This document shows, piece after piece, positions 1 to 9,256 of a stretch of 64,000 nt of DNA (positions are counted from its first letter, which is position 1; the number at the start of each line of letters is the position of its first letter). The stretch is from the NCBI GenBank assembly GCA_963707505.1, contig CAVPQB010000004.1, positions 512,001-576,000 on the forward strand, given 5' to 3'. This stretch comes from an uncultured Gemmatimonadales bacterium (lineage in GTDB: Bacteria; Gemmatimonadota; Gemmatimonadetes; Gemmatimonadales; Gemmatimonadaceae). Both the position numbers and the translations under genes were made by a program. The notes under the pieces are model-generated. The model searched no databases. It was not told the DNA's origin and saw nothing but the letters and a program-made list of their open reading frames with translations.

Positions 1-2
1 CA

Positions 3-158
3 GCGCACGCGAACTCTCATCTGGGCCATCTGTTCGACGACGGTCCCAAACCAACGGGAAACCGTTACTGCATGAATTCAGCGTCGCTCCGCTTCGTTCC
101 CGTAGATCAGCTCCAGGCGCAGGGCTACGGCGAATATCTGAGTCTATTCAAGAAGTAA
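3..158 (+). CDS. msrB: Peptide-methionine (R)-S-oxide reductase, C-terminal part (runs off window)
   Basis: Frame 3 translates to ..[40 protein letters not shown], containing the MsrB HLGH-x-F-x-DGP and RYCxNS motifs. Confidence 0.95.
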   Translation, partial: AHANSHLGHLFDDGPKPTGNRYCMNSASLRFVPVDQLQAQGYGEYLSLFKK

Positions 159-324
159 CGGAGGCGGCCGTTTTCCGCTGGCCGCAGATCGATAGCAACG
201 TCATTTTCCGTACGTTCGGCGATCGCCCACCAACTCGCGCCAGCCCGGAAATGGGAAGTGTGAGATTGAACGGCACCACGGCTCGCGCACGAACATGTAC
301 GGAAACATGTACGGAACGCTCCTC

Positions 325-2958
325 TTAAGAAGTTCCAGCCGCGCGGTTCGTCGACCGAATCTTCACAGTGGTATCAAGCTCGTCCAGCGTCTGCAATATC
401 TTCTGCCGTAAATCGGCGCCAAGGTTAGCGTTCGAATTGACGAACGAGCGCACTGTCGCAGCAGCCTCCGGCGTCGTCTGGCCGCCGATGAAGCCGCCAA
501 GCCACGAGCCGATGAAAAATATGCGTCGGTTGCGCTGCAACCATGGCAGCGTATCCAACGCGGGCTTGAGATACTCGAGCGTGAGAGCCTGCTGATCGAT
601 CTCGTTGAATGCGCCGAGGCTCGATGTAGCCCATTCCTCGTTGAGATTCGGATCGCTCAGATAGCGTGTGAAGTACTCGCGCTTGACGTTCGAGTCGGGT
701 GTCGCTGCTCTGGCGATGAATGCGTACCGCTTGCCCTCGCTCGTCGAGTCACTCCTTGTTTCCGCCGCCAGCCTGCCCGTCGCGGTCGGTGCACCTGTCG
801 CGACAAGATGAGTAATGATCGCCCATCGCGTCGGCGCCTTGAGTGGTGCGCCGGCTGCAGAAGCGCTGTCGAGAAGATGATCCAGATACTCGAGGCCAGC
901 AGGCGTGTGTGTTACTCGGATCAGTGCGTCCAGATTGGGCTTTCGAATCTCATACGGCCGTGCAGTGTCGCTTTCGACGGATCGAAGTGAGGTCTCCAAT
1001 CCGGGTAGCAGTGCGGCACGTTCTGTCGGCGACAGGTACGCCTCCGTTGCACGCGTTACATGCCGCAATTGTGCGCCCAGGATCTGCTCGTCCTGCTCTG
1101 CCGGCAATGCTCGCTCGGCGATCGAGATGAATTCGGCGGGCGTGAGACCTCGGCGGCGCACCAACTCCCACAGTGCGTCCCATCCCATCGCGCGTGTTAA
1201 TGGATCCGTCAGTGTTCCAACACTGTCCGCCAGCCAGTGACCGCTCGCCGAGTCGGGAATGACGAGTGCGTACGCGTTGTCACCGGCATTGGCATAGACG
1301 AATTCCGGCGCACGCGGGTTGTTGGCGAACTGCGCGACGGTGCTATCGGAGTCCAGATTGATGAGCAGGCGATCGGTTCGACCTCCGGGATATCTCACGA
1401 GCACTTGCGTGCGAATCGGCCACGGCCCTGCGCCGGAGATTCGTTGAGCCGGGTGCTGCGCCAGAGACAGACTCTCGAGCACGCCATCGCGCACTTTCAG
1501 ATGTTGGTCGATCACCGGCATGCCAGGACGCAGAATATACGCCTCGCCCCACTTCTTGAGCGGACGCTTCGCCGCGGCTCCGACCGATGACAGAAGATCC
1601 TGCCACGTCGCGTTACCATACGCGTGCTCTACGAGATACGCATGCAGTCCGCGTCTGAACGCGGAATCTCCCACGAGATAGTTCAGCTGCTTGATGACGC
1701 CCGGCGCCTTGTTGTACACAATCGCGCCGTAGTTGCTCTTCGCCTGGTCCAGATTCGCCAGCGATTGCCAGATCGGTGTGGTTCCTTCTGTTCGGTCGAC
1801 ACCGTAAGCGCTCGGCTTGTTCTGCAGGTAGAACGTTTCCCATGCATTCGATCGCGGCTCCAGCGATGCGCGCATCTTCGCTGCCATGTACGTTGCGAAG
1901 CCTTCCTTCAGCCACAGATCGTCGAACCACTTCATGGTGACGAGGTCACCGAACCACTGGTGCGCAACTTCATGGTAAATCGTCGCCTCGCGCGAGATGC
2001 GCTGCGGCCTCGTCGCGCGCTCACGAAATATGAAGCTGTTTTCGTTGTAGAAGATCGCGCCCGGATGCTCCATTCCACCGAACGGAAAGGCTGGTGCCAG
2101 CACGAAGTCGAGCTTGGGCCATGGGTACGGAAAGTTGAAATATCCCGCGAGCCACTGCATCGCTCGGCCGTTGGCTGCGATCATCGAATCAGCTTCTGCT
2201 TCCCTGGCCCGAGAAGCGCGCACGTACATCGTGATCGGATGGCCATCTACCGAACGTGTCACGCGAGCCCACGGACCGGCTGCGAATGCTATCAGATATG
2301 TGCTGATCGGCTTGGTGCGTGCGAAGTGAACTGTCCTGGTCGTCGCTGACGAGTCCGTCTTTTGCACGGTGCCATTGCCGACTGCATTCCACTTATCGGG
2401 AATGGTGAGAGTCAGTGCGGTGCGTGCCTTGATGTCCGGCTGGTCGAAGCAGGGAAAGAGTTGATTTGCGTCCGACGGCACCAGTAGCGTGTACAGATAG
2501 TCCGCGCCGTCCGTAACGTCGTGGTATCGAATCACGCTTGCACCCGCAGGTGCGATGAGCGCCGAAAAACTCATCGATACGCTGTTCTCTCCGCGCTTGA
2601 GTGACGCGGCCGGAAGCCGGATGTGCATTCCGTTGCTGACATCCGGCGGCAGTGTCACGCCGTTCAGAATCAGAGTGCCAAGTTGCGGGCCGCGGAAATC
2701 GACTATCGCGTCGCCCGCGCCTGAACGCGTGAATGCAATTGTGACATGACCACGAGCAGTGTCGTGCGCAGTCACATCCAGCGACAGATCGTAGCGTACG
2801 TTACTGATTCGCGACGCGCGATAATCCGCAAGCTGCCGCGAGATGCCTGCACCCATCAGAGCTGACATGTTCGACGATGACGCCTGCTGCGCCGACGTCG
2901 AGCTCGTGACGAGGAGTGCCGGAGCGGCTACCGCGCCGAAAACAGTCGAGAATCGCAT
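325..2958 (-). CDS. pepN: M1 family aminopeptidase N with signal peptide and ERAP1-like C-terminus
   Basis: FPCFDQPD, GGMEH and HEVAHQWFG-x-WLKEG zinc motifs; N-terminal signal peptide. Confidence 0.93.
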   Translation of the reverse strand: MRFSTVFGAVAAPALLVTSSTSAQQASSSNMSALMGAGISRQLADYRASRISNVRYDLSLDVTAHDTARGHVTIAFTRSGAGDAIVDFRGPQLGTLILNGVTLPPDVSNGMHIRLPAASLKRGENSVSMSFSALIAPAGASVIRYHDVTDGADYLYTLLVPSDANQLFPCFDQPDIKARTALTLTIPDKWNAVGNGTVQKTDSSATTRTVHFARTKPISTYLIAFAAGPWARVTRSVDGHPITMYVRASRAREAEADSMIAANGRAMQWLAGYFNFPYPWPKLDFVLAPAFPFGGMEHPGAIFYNENSFIFRERATRPQRISREATIYHEVAHQWFGDLVTMKWFDDLWLKEGFATYMAAKMRASLEPRSNAWETFYLQNKPSAYGVDRTEGTTPIWQSLANLDQAKSNYGAIVYNKAPGVIKQLNYLVGDSAFRRGLHAYLVEHAYGNATWQDLLSSVGAAAKRPLKKWGEAYILRPGMPVIDQHLKVRDGVLESLSLAQHPAQRISGAGPWPIRTQVLVRYPGGRTDRLLINLDSDSTVAQFANNPRAPEFVYANAGDNAYALVIPDSASGHWLADSVGTLTDPLTRAMGWDALWELVRRRGLTPAEFISIAERALPAEQDEQILGAQLRHVTRATEAYLSPTERAALLPGLETSLRSVESDTARPYEIRKPNLDALIRVTHTPAGLEYLDHLLDSASAAGAPLKAPTRWAIITHLVATGAPTATGRLAAETRSDSTSEGKRYAFIARAATPDSNVKREYFTRYLSDPNLNEEWATSSLGAFNEIDQQALTLEYLKPALDTLPWLQRNRRIFFIGSWLGGFIGGQTTPEAAATVRSFVNSNANLGADLRQKILQTLDELDTTVKIRSTNRAAGTS

Positions 2959-3060
2959 GCAAGACGATGCGGCGACTGGCCATCAATCGCAAGGCTTTCG
3001 AACGACCGTTCGATATAACTCGGCTGGCCTAACCGCCAATTGCGGCTCCAAATAGGGGGT

Positions 3061-3076
3061 TAGCGCGCGTCTTGCA
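3061..3076 (+). promoter_or_regulatory. Possible variant -24/-12 (sigma54-like) element TAGC-N7-TTGCA
   Basis: TAGCGCGCGTCTTGCA upstream of ORF 3125; correct spacing but AG instead of the canonical GG. Confidence 0.3.
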
Positions 3077-3124
3077 CTTTCAGCCTCGGTAGGAATCGGT
3101 ACCGAACCCATTCAGAGAGGCAAG

Positions 3125-3565
3125 ATGCTCCGCATATCGGCTTTGATCGCAGCAGTGACACTTACGGGCGCTCTGGTCGCGCATCCTGCATCAGCGCAGG
3201 ACACGACTCACCACGGTGGCGTCAATGGCGCCGCTCGAGCGGTCAGCGGCGCCGCAAAGAGCACCGGACGCGCCGTGAAATCCGGCGTAAAGACCGTCGG
3301 AAGCAAAACGCACAAGGTTCTGAAAACAGCGGGCCGGAGCACGAAATCGGCTTTATCGCATGCCGTCGGCGACACGATCCACGATCCGAATCACAAGCCC
3401 GGAGGACTCAACAAGGCGGCGCGCGACGTGAGCGCATCCATCAAGCACGTCGGACGGTCGGCGAAGGCGGGCGTGCACGAGGGAGCCAGCGACACCCACA
3501 AGGCGTTGCAGAAGACCGGCAACGACGTGAAGAAATCCGTCGGCGATACGTCACACAAGTCGTAA
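3125..3565 (+). CDS. Secreted basic K/A/G/S-rich hypothetical protein with internal duplication
   Basis: RBS GAGAGG, signal peptide ending ASA-Q, two similar GG-x-N-x-AAR-x-VS...THK-x-L blocks. Confidence 0.75.
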   Translation: MLRISALIAAVTLTGALVAHPASAQDTTHHGGVNGAARAVSGAAKSTGRAVKSGVKTVGSKTHKVLKTAGRSTKSALSHAVGDTIHDPNHKPGGLNKAARDVSASIKHVGRSAKAGVHEGASDTHKALQKTGNDVKKSVGDTSHKS

Positions 3566-3571
3566 CGTGGG

Positions 3572-3609
3572 GACGGGAGCGGTAGAGCGCGGATGCATCC
3601 GCGTCTGCC
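3572..3609. repeat. GTAG-type REP-like palindrome (family A)
   Basis: GACGGGAGCGGTAGAGCGCGGATGCATCCGCGTCTGCC between convergent genes; similar to the 8385 and 50500 elements. Confidence 0.65.
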
Positions 3610-3648
3610 CCCCTTTAGCGCAATTGAACGCTTGCAGGTGCGCGCCGC

Positions 3649-4053
3649 CTACGCGGCGCGCACCTGCGCTCTCAGCTTTGCCTCGATCTGATGTCGCTTC
3701 TCGTCTGGTGCGCTGCCCGACACGTGCAGTAGCTCTGACAACTTCTCGGTCACAGCCATTGTAGCTGCGCCGATAATCGCATCGATCACGCCGTCCAGAG
3801 CGTTGCCCGCCCGGTCATTGATCTTTGTTGCTCCGTGCTTGACCTGATCGCGCACTTCAGTGACCGCACGACCCGTCGCTCCGGTAGTCGATAACAGCAC
3901 CCCCACTCCGAATGCAACTCCCACCAGCGTGAGCGGATGCTCGTCGACGATGCGATGCGGATCGACCTTGCGCTCTATCGCCGCGATCGTGCTGCCGAGG
4001 CGCGCGCGTGTATCGTCTATCTGGCGGCGGATCTCGTGGGATGTTTCAGCCAT
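3649..4053 (-). CDS. DUF3618-like protein
   Basis: MAETSHEIRRQIDDTRARLGSTIAAIE N-terminus, then HP plus a hydrophobic helix; RBS AGGAG; third gene of the triad. Confidence 0.8.
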   Translation of the reverse strand: MAETSHEIRRQIDDTRARLGSTIAAIERKVDPHRIVDEHPLTLVGVAFGVGVLLSTTGATGRAVTEVRDQVKHGATKINDRAGNALDGVIDAIIGAATMAVTEKLSELLHVSGSAPDEKRHQIEAKLRAQVRAA

Positions 4054-4445
4054 ACTGCCGTCTCCTTGATTGACTTTGTTGTTTCGTGCGGTGCGAGTCC
4101 CGAGCCGGATAGCGACCGGCCACTCCGCCATACGCACAACCAACCGATCACGCCCAGTACCGCGGCGACTATCAGTGCCGCGAGCCAGGTGCGGCCGTCG
4201 AGCAGGTACTGCGAAACGACCATGATGAGACACGCCACACCTGCGGCTGCGGCGCAAAGCGCGAACCCGATGCCGATCCCAAGCAGAATCGCTCCGCGCC
4301 GCAACTTGAGCAGTGACTCCACTGTCTCCACGCGAGCCAATCGGATCTCGTCGCGCACCAGTTCCGCGCCGCCATCGGTCAGCTCGCCCAGCAGCTCGCC
4401 GAGCGAGCGGCGGGACGCGATGTCGCGTACCCACGGCGCAGACAT
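4017..4445 (-). CDS. Phage holin family / YqjE-like two-TM membrane protein
   Basis: RSLGELL..LVRDEIRLARVE, two TM helices, and P-x-ETTKSIKETAVWLK tail. Confidence 0.85.
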   Translation of the reverse strand: MSAPWVRDIASRRSLGELLGELTDGGAELVRDEIRLARVETVESLLKLRRGAILLGIGIGFALCAAAAGVACLIMVVSQYLLDGRTWLAALIVAAVLGVIGWLCVWRSGRSLSGSGLAPHETTKSIKETAVWLKHPTRSAAR

Positions 4446-4447
4446 TG

Positions 4448-4828
4448 TTATTTCCTGGCCACGCGGCCGAGCAGAAATCCCGCACCCGCAGCAAACATCA
4501 GCGTACGCGCAGGATGCTCCCGCACCTGCTCTTCGAGCTTGGCCGTCAGCTCGTCCACGTTGACCTTGTTGATCAGATTCGATGTGACCTCGCTCGCCTT
4601 CGCCTGCAGTTGACTCATCGCATCCTCAGCGTTCGCCATCCCACGCTGCGCCGTGTCCTTCACTTTTTCTGTTGTATCGGACGTCTGATCGACCCCGAGA
4701 CTCTTGGCGAAGGAAACGTCGTCGGTCGGTCCGGTTGGTGTGTTGCCGGTCGTACTGCCCGTATTTCCTTGCGGCATGCTAGCGCCGTATCCTGCGCTCC
4801 CGGGGGTGTTCAGTTCAGGTGTCGTCAT
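4448..4828 (-). CDS. DUF883/ElaB/YqjD-like tail-anchored protein
   Basis: C-terminal EEQVREHPARTLMFAAGAGFLLGR; RBS GGAGAG before ATG 4828. Confidence 0.8.
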   Translation of the reverse strand: MTTPELNTPGSAGYGASMPQGNTGSTTGNTPTGPTDDVSFAKSLGVDQTSDTTEKVKDTAQRGMANAEDAMSQLQAKASEVTSNLINKVNVDELTAKLEEQVREHPARTLMFAAGAGFLLGRVARK

Positions 4829-4933
4829 CGTACTCTCCGCACAGTGAATACAGTGTGAAAGGAATGTGGATTCGGCACGCTCGCAGCTGTCGCTTCGGAC
4901 AGCCGCGCGCCGCCGGTGCCTGCCGCGCTGGCG

Positions 4934-4950
4934 GGCATACCACATGCCAT
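4934..4950 (-). promoter_or_regulatory. Sigma54 (-24/-12) promoter for the DUF883 triad; palindromic
   Basis: Minus strand TGGCATGTGGTATGC = GG-N10-GC; the plus strand also reads GG-N10-GC. Confidence 0.6.
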
Positions 4951-5072
4951 AGGCGCGCCGCGCCTCACCCAAGTGCACGATTGATCCCTCGGATTCTTGC
5001 GCCGAATAGCCGTATGTGGCGCAGGAGCTTATTTTCGGTTCACCCTCTTTTAGGAGACATACGCCGACAGCC

Positions 5073-5294
5073 ATGCCGACTCGATTTGTGGTCACATTCA
5101 CACCGCTTGGTCGCCCTGGCTACAGGGTGGGCGAGTTTCCAACTGAAGATCGCGCCCGCGCCGCCGCCGAGCGCCATGGCGCGCCTCCAAGGGGGGCAAC
5201 ACCGCGCCCTCCGCTCGAATGGGCGCCGGCACCGCAGTTCGGCGCCATCATGGCAATTGCATCGTCGGGAACGTTCGTCATCGCTCCTGCCTGA
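5073..5294 (+). CDS. Small hypothetical protein (73 aa)
   Basis: MPTRFVVTFTPLG..GEFPTEDRARAAAERH; fills the intergenic gap, with TAGGAG upstream (long spacing). Confidence 0.5.
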   Translation: MPTRFVVTFTPLGRPGYRVGEFPTEDRARAAAERHGAPPRGATPRPPLEWAPAPQFGAIMAIASSGTFVIAPA

Positions 5295-5387
5295 CCCCGC
5301 CACCCGGCCGTACGATTTCAACAGACTTCACAGCTTTACCGTAGCACTTCCATGTAGCAGCAGATCGCACTCACCCTCACAAGTGCA

Positions 5388-7007
5388 ATGACCCATTCTC
5401 GCCGCGACTTTATCAAGACGGTATCCGCTGTTGCTGCCACGAGCGCCATCGGCACTCGTGGTCCTGGCACAGTCGACCGCCTCATCTCACCGACTGGCTC
5501 CTCCATCGGTGATCCAACCTACCGGGAGCTGACGCAGATCGCCCTCGATGCGGCGCGCGCCGCCGGCGCGACCTACGCCGACATTCGTATATCGGCCCGA
5601 CGCTCGCAGCGCATCAGCACGCGCGAGAATCGGCTGCAGGGCGCGGACGACAGCGACACACTCGGATTCGGCGTCCGCGCATTATCCAATGGCGCATGGG
5701 GATTCGCGGCGAGCAACATCCTCACCAGGGACGTCGTCGCGCAGATAGCCCGTGACGCAGTGGCGATCGCCAAGGCGAACAGCGCGGTGCAGCTCAAGCC
5801 GATCGTTCTGGCTCCCGCGCCGGCCGCGACTGGTGAGTGGAAGAGCCCCATCAAGATCGATCCGTTCGACGTTCCGATCACAGACAAGGTCGCACTCCTG
5901 CTCGAAGCAAATGCAGCCGCGCTCAAGGTTCAGGGTGCCAGGTTCGTAACCTCGAACATGTTCTTCCTGCGTGAGGAGAAGACGCTCGCGACAAGCGACG
6001 GGACCTTCGTAGTCCAGACGATCTATCGCGCGCAGCCATCGATGAACGTGACTGCCGTTTCAGCCGACTTTGCCGATTTCCAGAGTCGCCAGTCGAACGA
6101 TGTCGCACCGATGGGACTCGGTTACGAGTACGTCACCGGCGCGAACATGGTCGAGAACGCGACGCGGTGGGCCAACGAAGCGGTGCAGAAACTTTCAGCG
6201 AAATCGGTCGACGTCGGTCGCTACGATCTCGTCTTGCACCCGTCGCATCTCTGGCTCACGATTCACGAATCGGTCGCACACCCGACCGAGCTCGATCGCG
6301 CCGAAGGCTTCGAGGCCAACTACGCAGGCACCAGCTTCGTAAGTCCCCCTGAGAAGATGCTCGGCAAGCTCAAGTTCGGCTCGCCGCTCATGAACATCCG
6401 CGGTGACCGCACACAACACGGATCGCTCTCCGCCATCGGTTGGGACGACGAGGGAGTCAAGCCTGATGATTTCATGATCATCAGGAACGGGATCCTTCAG
6501 GATTATCAGACAACCCGCGAGCAGGCGATGCAGCTCGACTGGTGGTACAAGAGCCAGGGCAAGCCGACGCGCTCACATGGGTGTTCGTACGGCCAGTCAT
6601 GGCAGGATGTGCAGTTCCAGCGCATGCCCAACGTGTCGCTCTTGCCAGGCGAGAAGGACATCAGCTACGAAGACATCATCGCCGCCACCGATCGCGGCAT
6701 CGCGATCATCGGCGACGGTTCGTTCTCGATCGACCAGCAGCGCTACAATGCACAGTTCGGCGGACAGGTATTCTACGAGATCAAGGGCGGAAAGATCGTC
6801 GGCATGTTGAAGGACGTCGCATACCAGATGCGCACCCCGGACTTCTGGGGTAGCCTCGACATGATCGGCGGACAGAAATCCTACGAGCTCGGCGGTGCAT
6901 TCAGCGATGGCAAGGGTCAGCCGAGTCAGTCGAACGCGATAAGTCACGGCTGCGTTCCGAGCCGCTTCCGCAACATCAACGTCATCAACACCGGGAGAAA
7001 GGCATGA
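5388..7007 (+). CDS. tldD: TldD family metalloprotease with twin-arginine signal
   Basis: HESVAH (HExxxH), WDDEG, RMPN and DGKGQP motifs; N-terminal SRRDFIK. Confidence 0.92.
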   Translation: MTHSRRDFIKTVSAVAATSAIGTRGPGTVDRLISPTGSSIGDPTYRELTQIALDAARAAGATYADIRISARRSQRISTRENRLQGADDSDTLGFGVRALSNGAWGFAASNILTRDVVAQIARDAVAIAKANSAVQLKPIVLAPAPAATGEWKSPIKIDPFDVPITDKVALLLEANAAALKVQGARFVTSNMFFLREEKTLATSDGTFVVQTIYRAQPSMNVTAVSADFADFQSRQSNDVAPMGLGYEYVTGANMVENATRWANEAVQKLSAKSVDVGRYDLVLHPSHLWLTIHESVAHPTELDRAEGFEANYAGTSFVSPPEKMLGKLKFGSPLMNIRGDRTQHGSLSAIGWDDEGVKPDDFMIIRNGILQDYQTTREQAMQLDWWYKSQGKPTRSHGCSYGQSWQDVQFQRMPNVSLLPGEKDISYEDIIAATDRGIAIIGDGSFSIDQQRYNAQFGGQVFYEIKGGKIVGMLKDVAYQMRTPDFWGSLDMIGGQKSYELGGAFSDGKGQPSQSNAISHGCVPSRFRNINVINTGRKA

Positions 7008-8374
7008 GTCGGCCGAAGTCGCTATTCGGTGCCGTACCAGCCGGCATCCTTACACGCTCCGAAGCAGAAGCGCTTGGCAAGCGCGTCCTGTCATTCGCCA
7101 GGGCCGACGAAACGTCGGTCAACATCAACAGCAACGCGCGCGCGAACACGCGCTTCGCGGTGAATCAGGTTTCTACCGCTGGTGATGACACCGACACGAC
7201 GCTTTCGATCCGCAGCACATTCGGAAAGCGCTCAGCCAGCGTCACGACCAACAAGACCGACGACGCATCACTGGCGGCCGCCGTGAAGGCAGCCGAGGAG
7301 CTTGCGCGCCTGAGTGTGGAAGATCCAGAATCCATGCCCGGTCTGGGGCCGCAAACGTATCCGCCGGAGCGGTCGCAGACCGTCTCGTTCCCGGAGGCCG
7401 CAGAGCGTGCACGCGCCGTGAAGGCAGTGACCGATCGCGCGCGCGCCGCTGGATTTGTCGCAACGGGCTACATCGAATCTCGCGTGGGCACACGCGCGCT
7501 CATCAACTCGCACGGATTGTTCGCCTTCGAGCAGAGCGGCGGTTGCAGCATGACCGCAACCGTCCGTACGCCCGACGGCACCGGTTCGGGTTGGGGAGGT
7601 GCCAACGCCAACGACTGGTCAGGAATCGACGCCGATGCGGTCGGTGCGACGGCCACGGAAAAAGCAGGGAAGTCTCGCAATCCGGTCGCGGTCGAGCCGG
7701 GGCGCTATACCGTAGTGCTGGAGCCGACAGCTGTCGGAAATCTCATTCCGATCATCGCTTTCTCGGCACAGGCACGCTCGGCCGACGAAGGGCGATCGTT
7801 CTTCTCCAAGCCTGGCGGTGGAAACAAGATCGGAATGAAAGTCGCTGACGAGCGCGTCACTCTCGTTTCCGATCCCGCAGACAACATCGGCAGCAGCATC
7901 ACCGGCGACGGTCGCCCGACGGAGAAGGTGGTGTTCATCGAGAACGGAATTCTCAAGAACCTCAACTACGATCGCTTCTGGGCGCAGAAGCAGGGCAAGC
8001 AGCCAACTGGTCTCGCCTTCGGCTGCATGCGTCTCATGGGCGGCGATTCGTCCATCCCGCAGATGATTGCAAGCACCGAGCGCGGAATCCTCGTTACGCG
8101 TTTCTGGTACATTCGCCCCGTCGATCAGCGCACGATTCTGTTCACGGGTCTCACGCGCGATGGCACGTTCCTGATCGAGAACGGCAAGGTGACGCACGCG
8201 ATCAAGAACTTCCGATACAACGAGTCGCCGATCTTCATGCTCAACAACGTCGAAGCATTCGGCGCACCGGTACGAGTGAGCGCAAGTGAAGACAGCAGCC
8301 CCGGCGCAGCGATCATCATGCCGCCGCTCAAGATCCGTGATTTCAACTTCACCAGCCTGAGCGACGCAGTGTAG
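7004..8374 (+). CDS. tldE: TldE/PmbA family protein
   Basis: ATGA overlap with tldD; TRFA-x-N, PGRYTVVLEP, TGLTRDGTFLIENG and FNFTSLSDAV motifs; no HExxxH. Confidence 0.9.
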   Translation: MSRPKSLFGAVPAGILTRSEAEALGKRVLSFARADETSVNINSNARANTRFAVNQVSTAGDDTDTTLSIRSTFGKRSASVTTNKTDDASLAAAVKAAEELARLSVEDPESMPGLGPQTYPPERSQTVSFPEAAERARAVKAVTDRARAAGFVATGYIESRVGTRALINSHGLFAFEQSGGCSMTATVRTPDGTGSGWGGANANDWSGIDADAVGATATEKAGKSRNPVAVEPGRYTVVLEPTAVGNLIPIIAFSAQARSADEGRSFFSKPGGGNKIGMKVADERVTLVSDPADNIGSSITGDGRPTEKVVFIENGILKNLNYDRFWAQKQGKQPTGLAFGCMRLMGGDSSIPQMIASTERGILVTRFWYIRPVDQRTILFTGLTRDGTFLIENGKVTHAIKNFRYNESPIFMLNNVEAFGAPVRVSASEDSSPGAAIIMPPLKIRDFNFTSLSDAV

Positions 8375-8384
8375 GACATCGTGT

Positions 8385-8418
8385 GCGGTAGTGCCAGGAT
8401 GCATCCTGGCACTACCGC
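8385..8418. repeat. Perfect 34-bp palindrome, GTAG-type REP (family A), possible bidirectional terminator
   Basis: GCGGTAGTGCCAGGATGCATCCTGGCACTACCGC between convergent tldE and PAP2 genes. Confidence 0.75.
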
Positions 8419-8422
8419 TCCG

Positions 8423-9058
8423 TCACCGGTACACGCGCTCCTCATATCCGAACACACAAACCGCCGCCACTGTAACCCCCGCCAGCAATCCGGCGACTAC
8501 ATCGGTCGTCCAGTGTCGGTCCAGATAAAGCCGCCCCGCTCCTTCGAGCACTGGAATCATGGCGGCGATGGGAAATGCAATTCGTGGATCCGCAATTCCC
8601 TCACGCCATAACACGTGCGCCGCCGTCAGTGCCACTGATGCGGTTTCGAGCGTGTGCCCACTCGGGAAACTCTGCTCTCGTCGCGCGTGACGACCAGGAG
8701 GCGGCGTGCGATGTTTCAACAGCCAGTCGCAGGATTTGCTGACGCTCGTTGCAAGAGTATTCGCGAGATTGATTGCGCGCGACCCTTCCAGCGACCCGCG
8801 ATGCTCGATGTAGCTGGCCAGCAGGGCCGTCACAGGACCGTGCACCCACGGTTTGCCGGAATACCCAAGCGCCTGCACAGCCATTTTGGAACGTCGTCCG
8901 TGGCGAGTACCGATTTTATCTCGGACGGCACCGTCGAATCGACTTGTCATTCGTCTCGCAACAAGCCCTGAGACAACTGCAAACCCAGCGGCGCCGCCAA
9001 GCGCGGTTGCCGCGATGGGCGCTCTTGGAATTCTGTGTCGTGCACGAGGCCGATGCAT
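8423..9058 (-). CDS. PAP2 family phosphatase
   Basis: SFPSGH and RLYLDRHWTTDV motifs with TM helices; ATG 9058 preferred over the upstream alternative start. Confidence 0.88.
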   Translation of the reverse strand: MHRPRARHRIPRAPIAATALGGAAGFAVVSGLVARRMTSRFDGAVRDKIGTRHGRRSKMAVQALGYSGKPWVHGPVTALLASYIEHRGSLEGSRAINLANTLATSVSKSCDWLLKHRTPPPGRHARREQSFPSGHTLETASVALTAAHVLWREGIADPRIAFPIAAMIPVLEGAGRLYLDRHWTTDVVAGLLAGVTVAAVCVFGYEERVYR

Positions 9059-9071
9059 GATATCGCGTACG

Positions 9072-9088
9072 CGCAAGAGCTATTCCAC
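9072..9088 (-). promoter_or_regulatory. Sigma54-like promoter of the PAP2 gene
   Basis: Minus strand TGGAATAGCTCTTGC (GG-N10-GC); predicted TSS about 3 nt before the ATG. Confidence 0.45.
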
Positions 9089-9256
9089 ACACTTCCGTTG
9101 ACAACGGTCGTCGCGACTGGTGCTGGTGCTGGTGCTCGTGTAGGTGTCGGCGATGCAGCGCGATGTTTTGCCCCATCCTACGCGCTCGGGCCACAGCCGG
9201 TGCTAGCGCATGATGGAAGATTGCTTTCCGACCTCCGGACAGCATCGACGACCACC

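Noticed and set aside
292..315. 12-bp tandem duplication AACATGTACGGA (also AGCATCTCGAC x2 near 48359 and TGGTGC repeats near 9118)
   Set aside because: Short isolated duplications with no supporting context; probably slippage
4017..4445. Phage lysis holin
   Set aside because: Belongs to the common DUF883/YqjE/DUF3618 cellular triad; no endolysin or phage genes nearby
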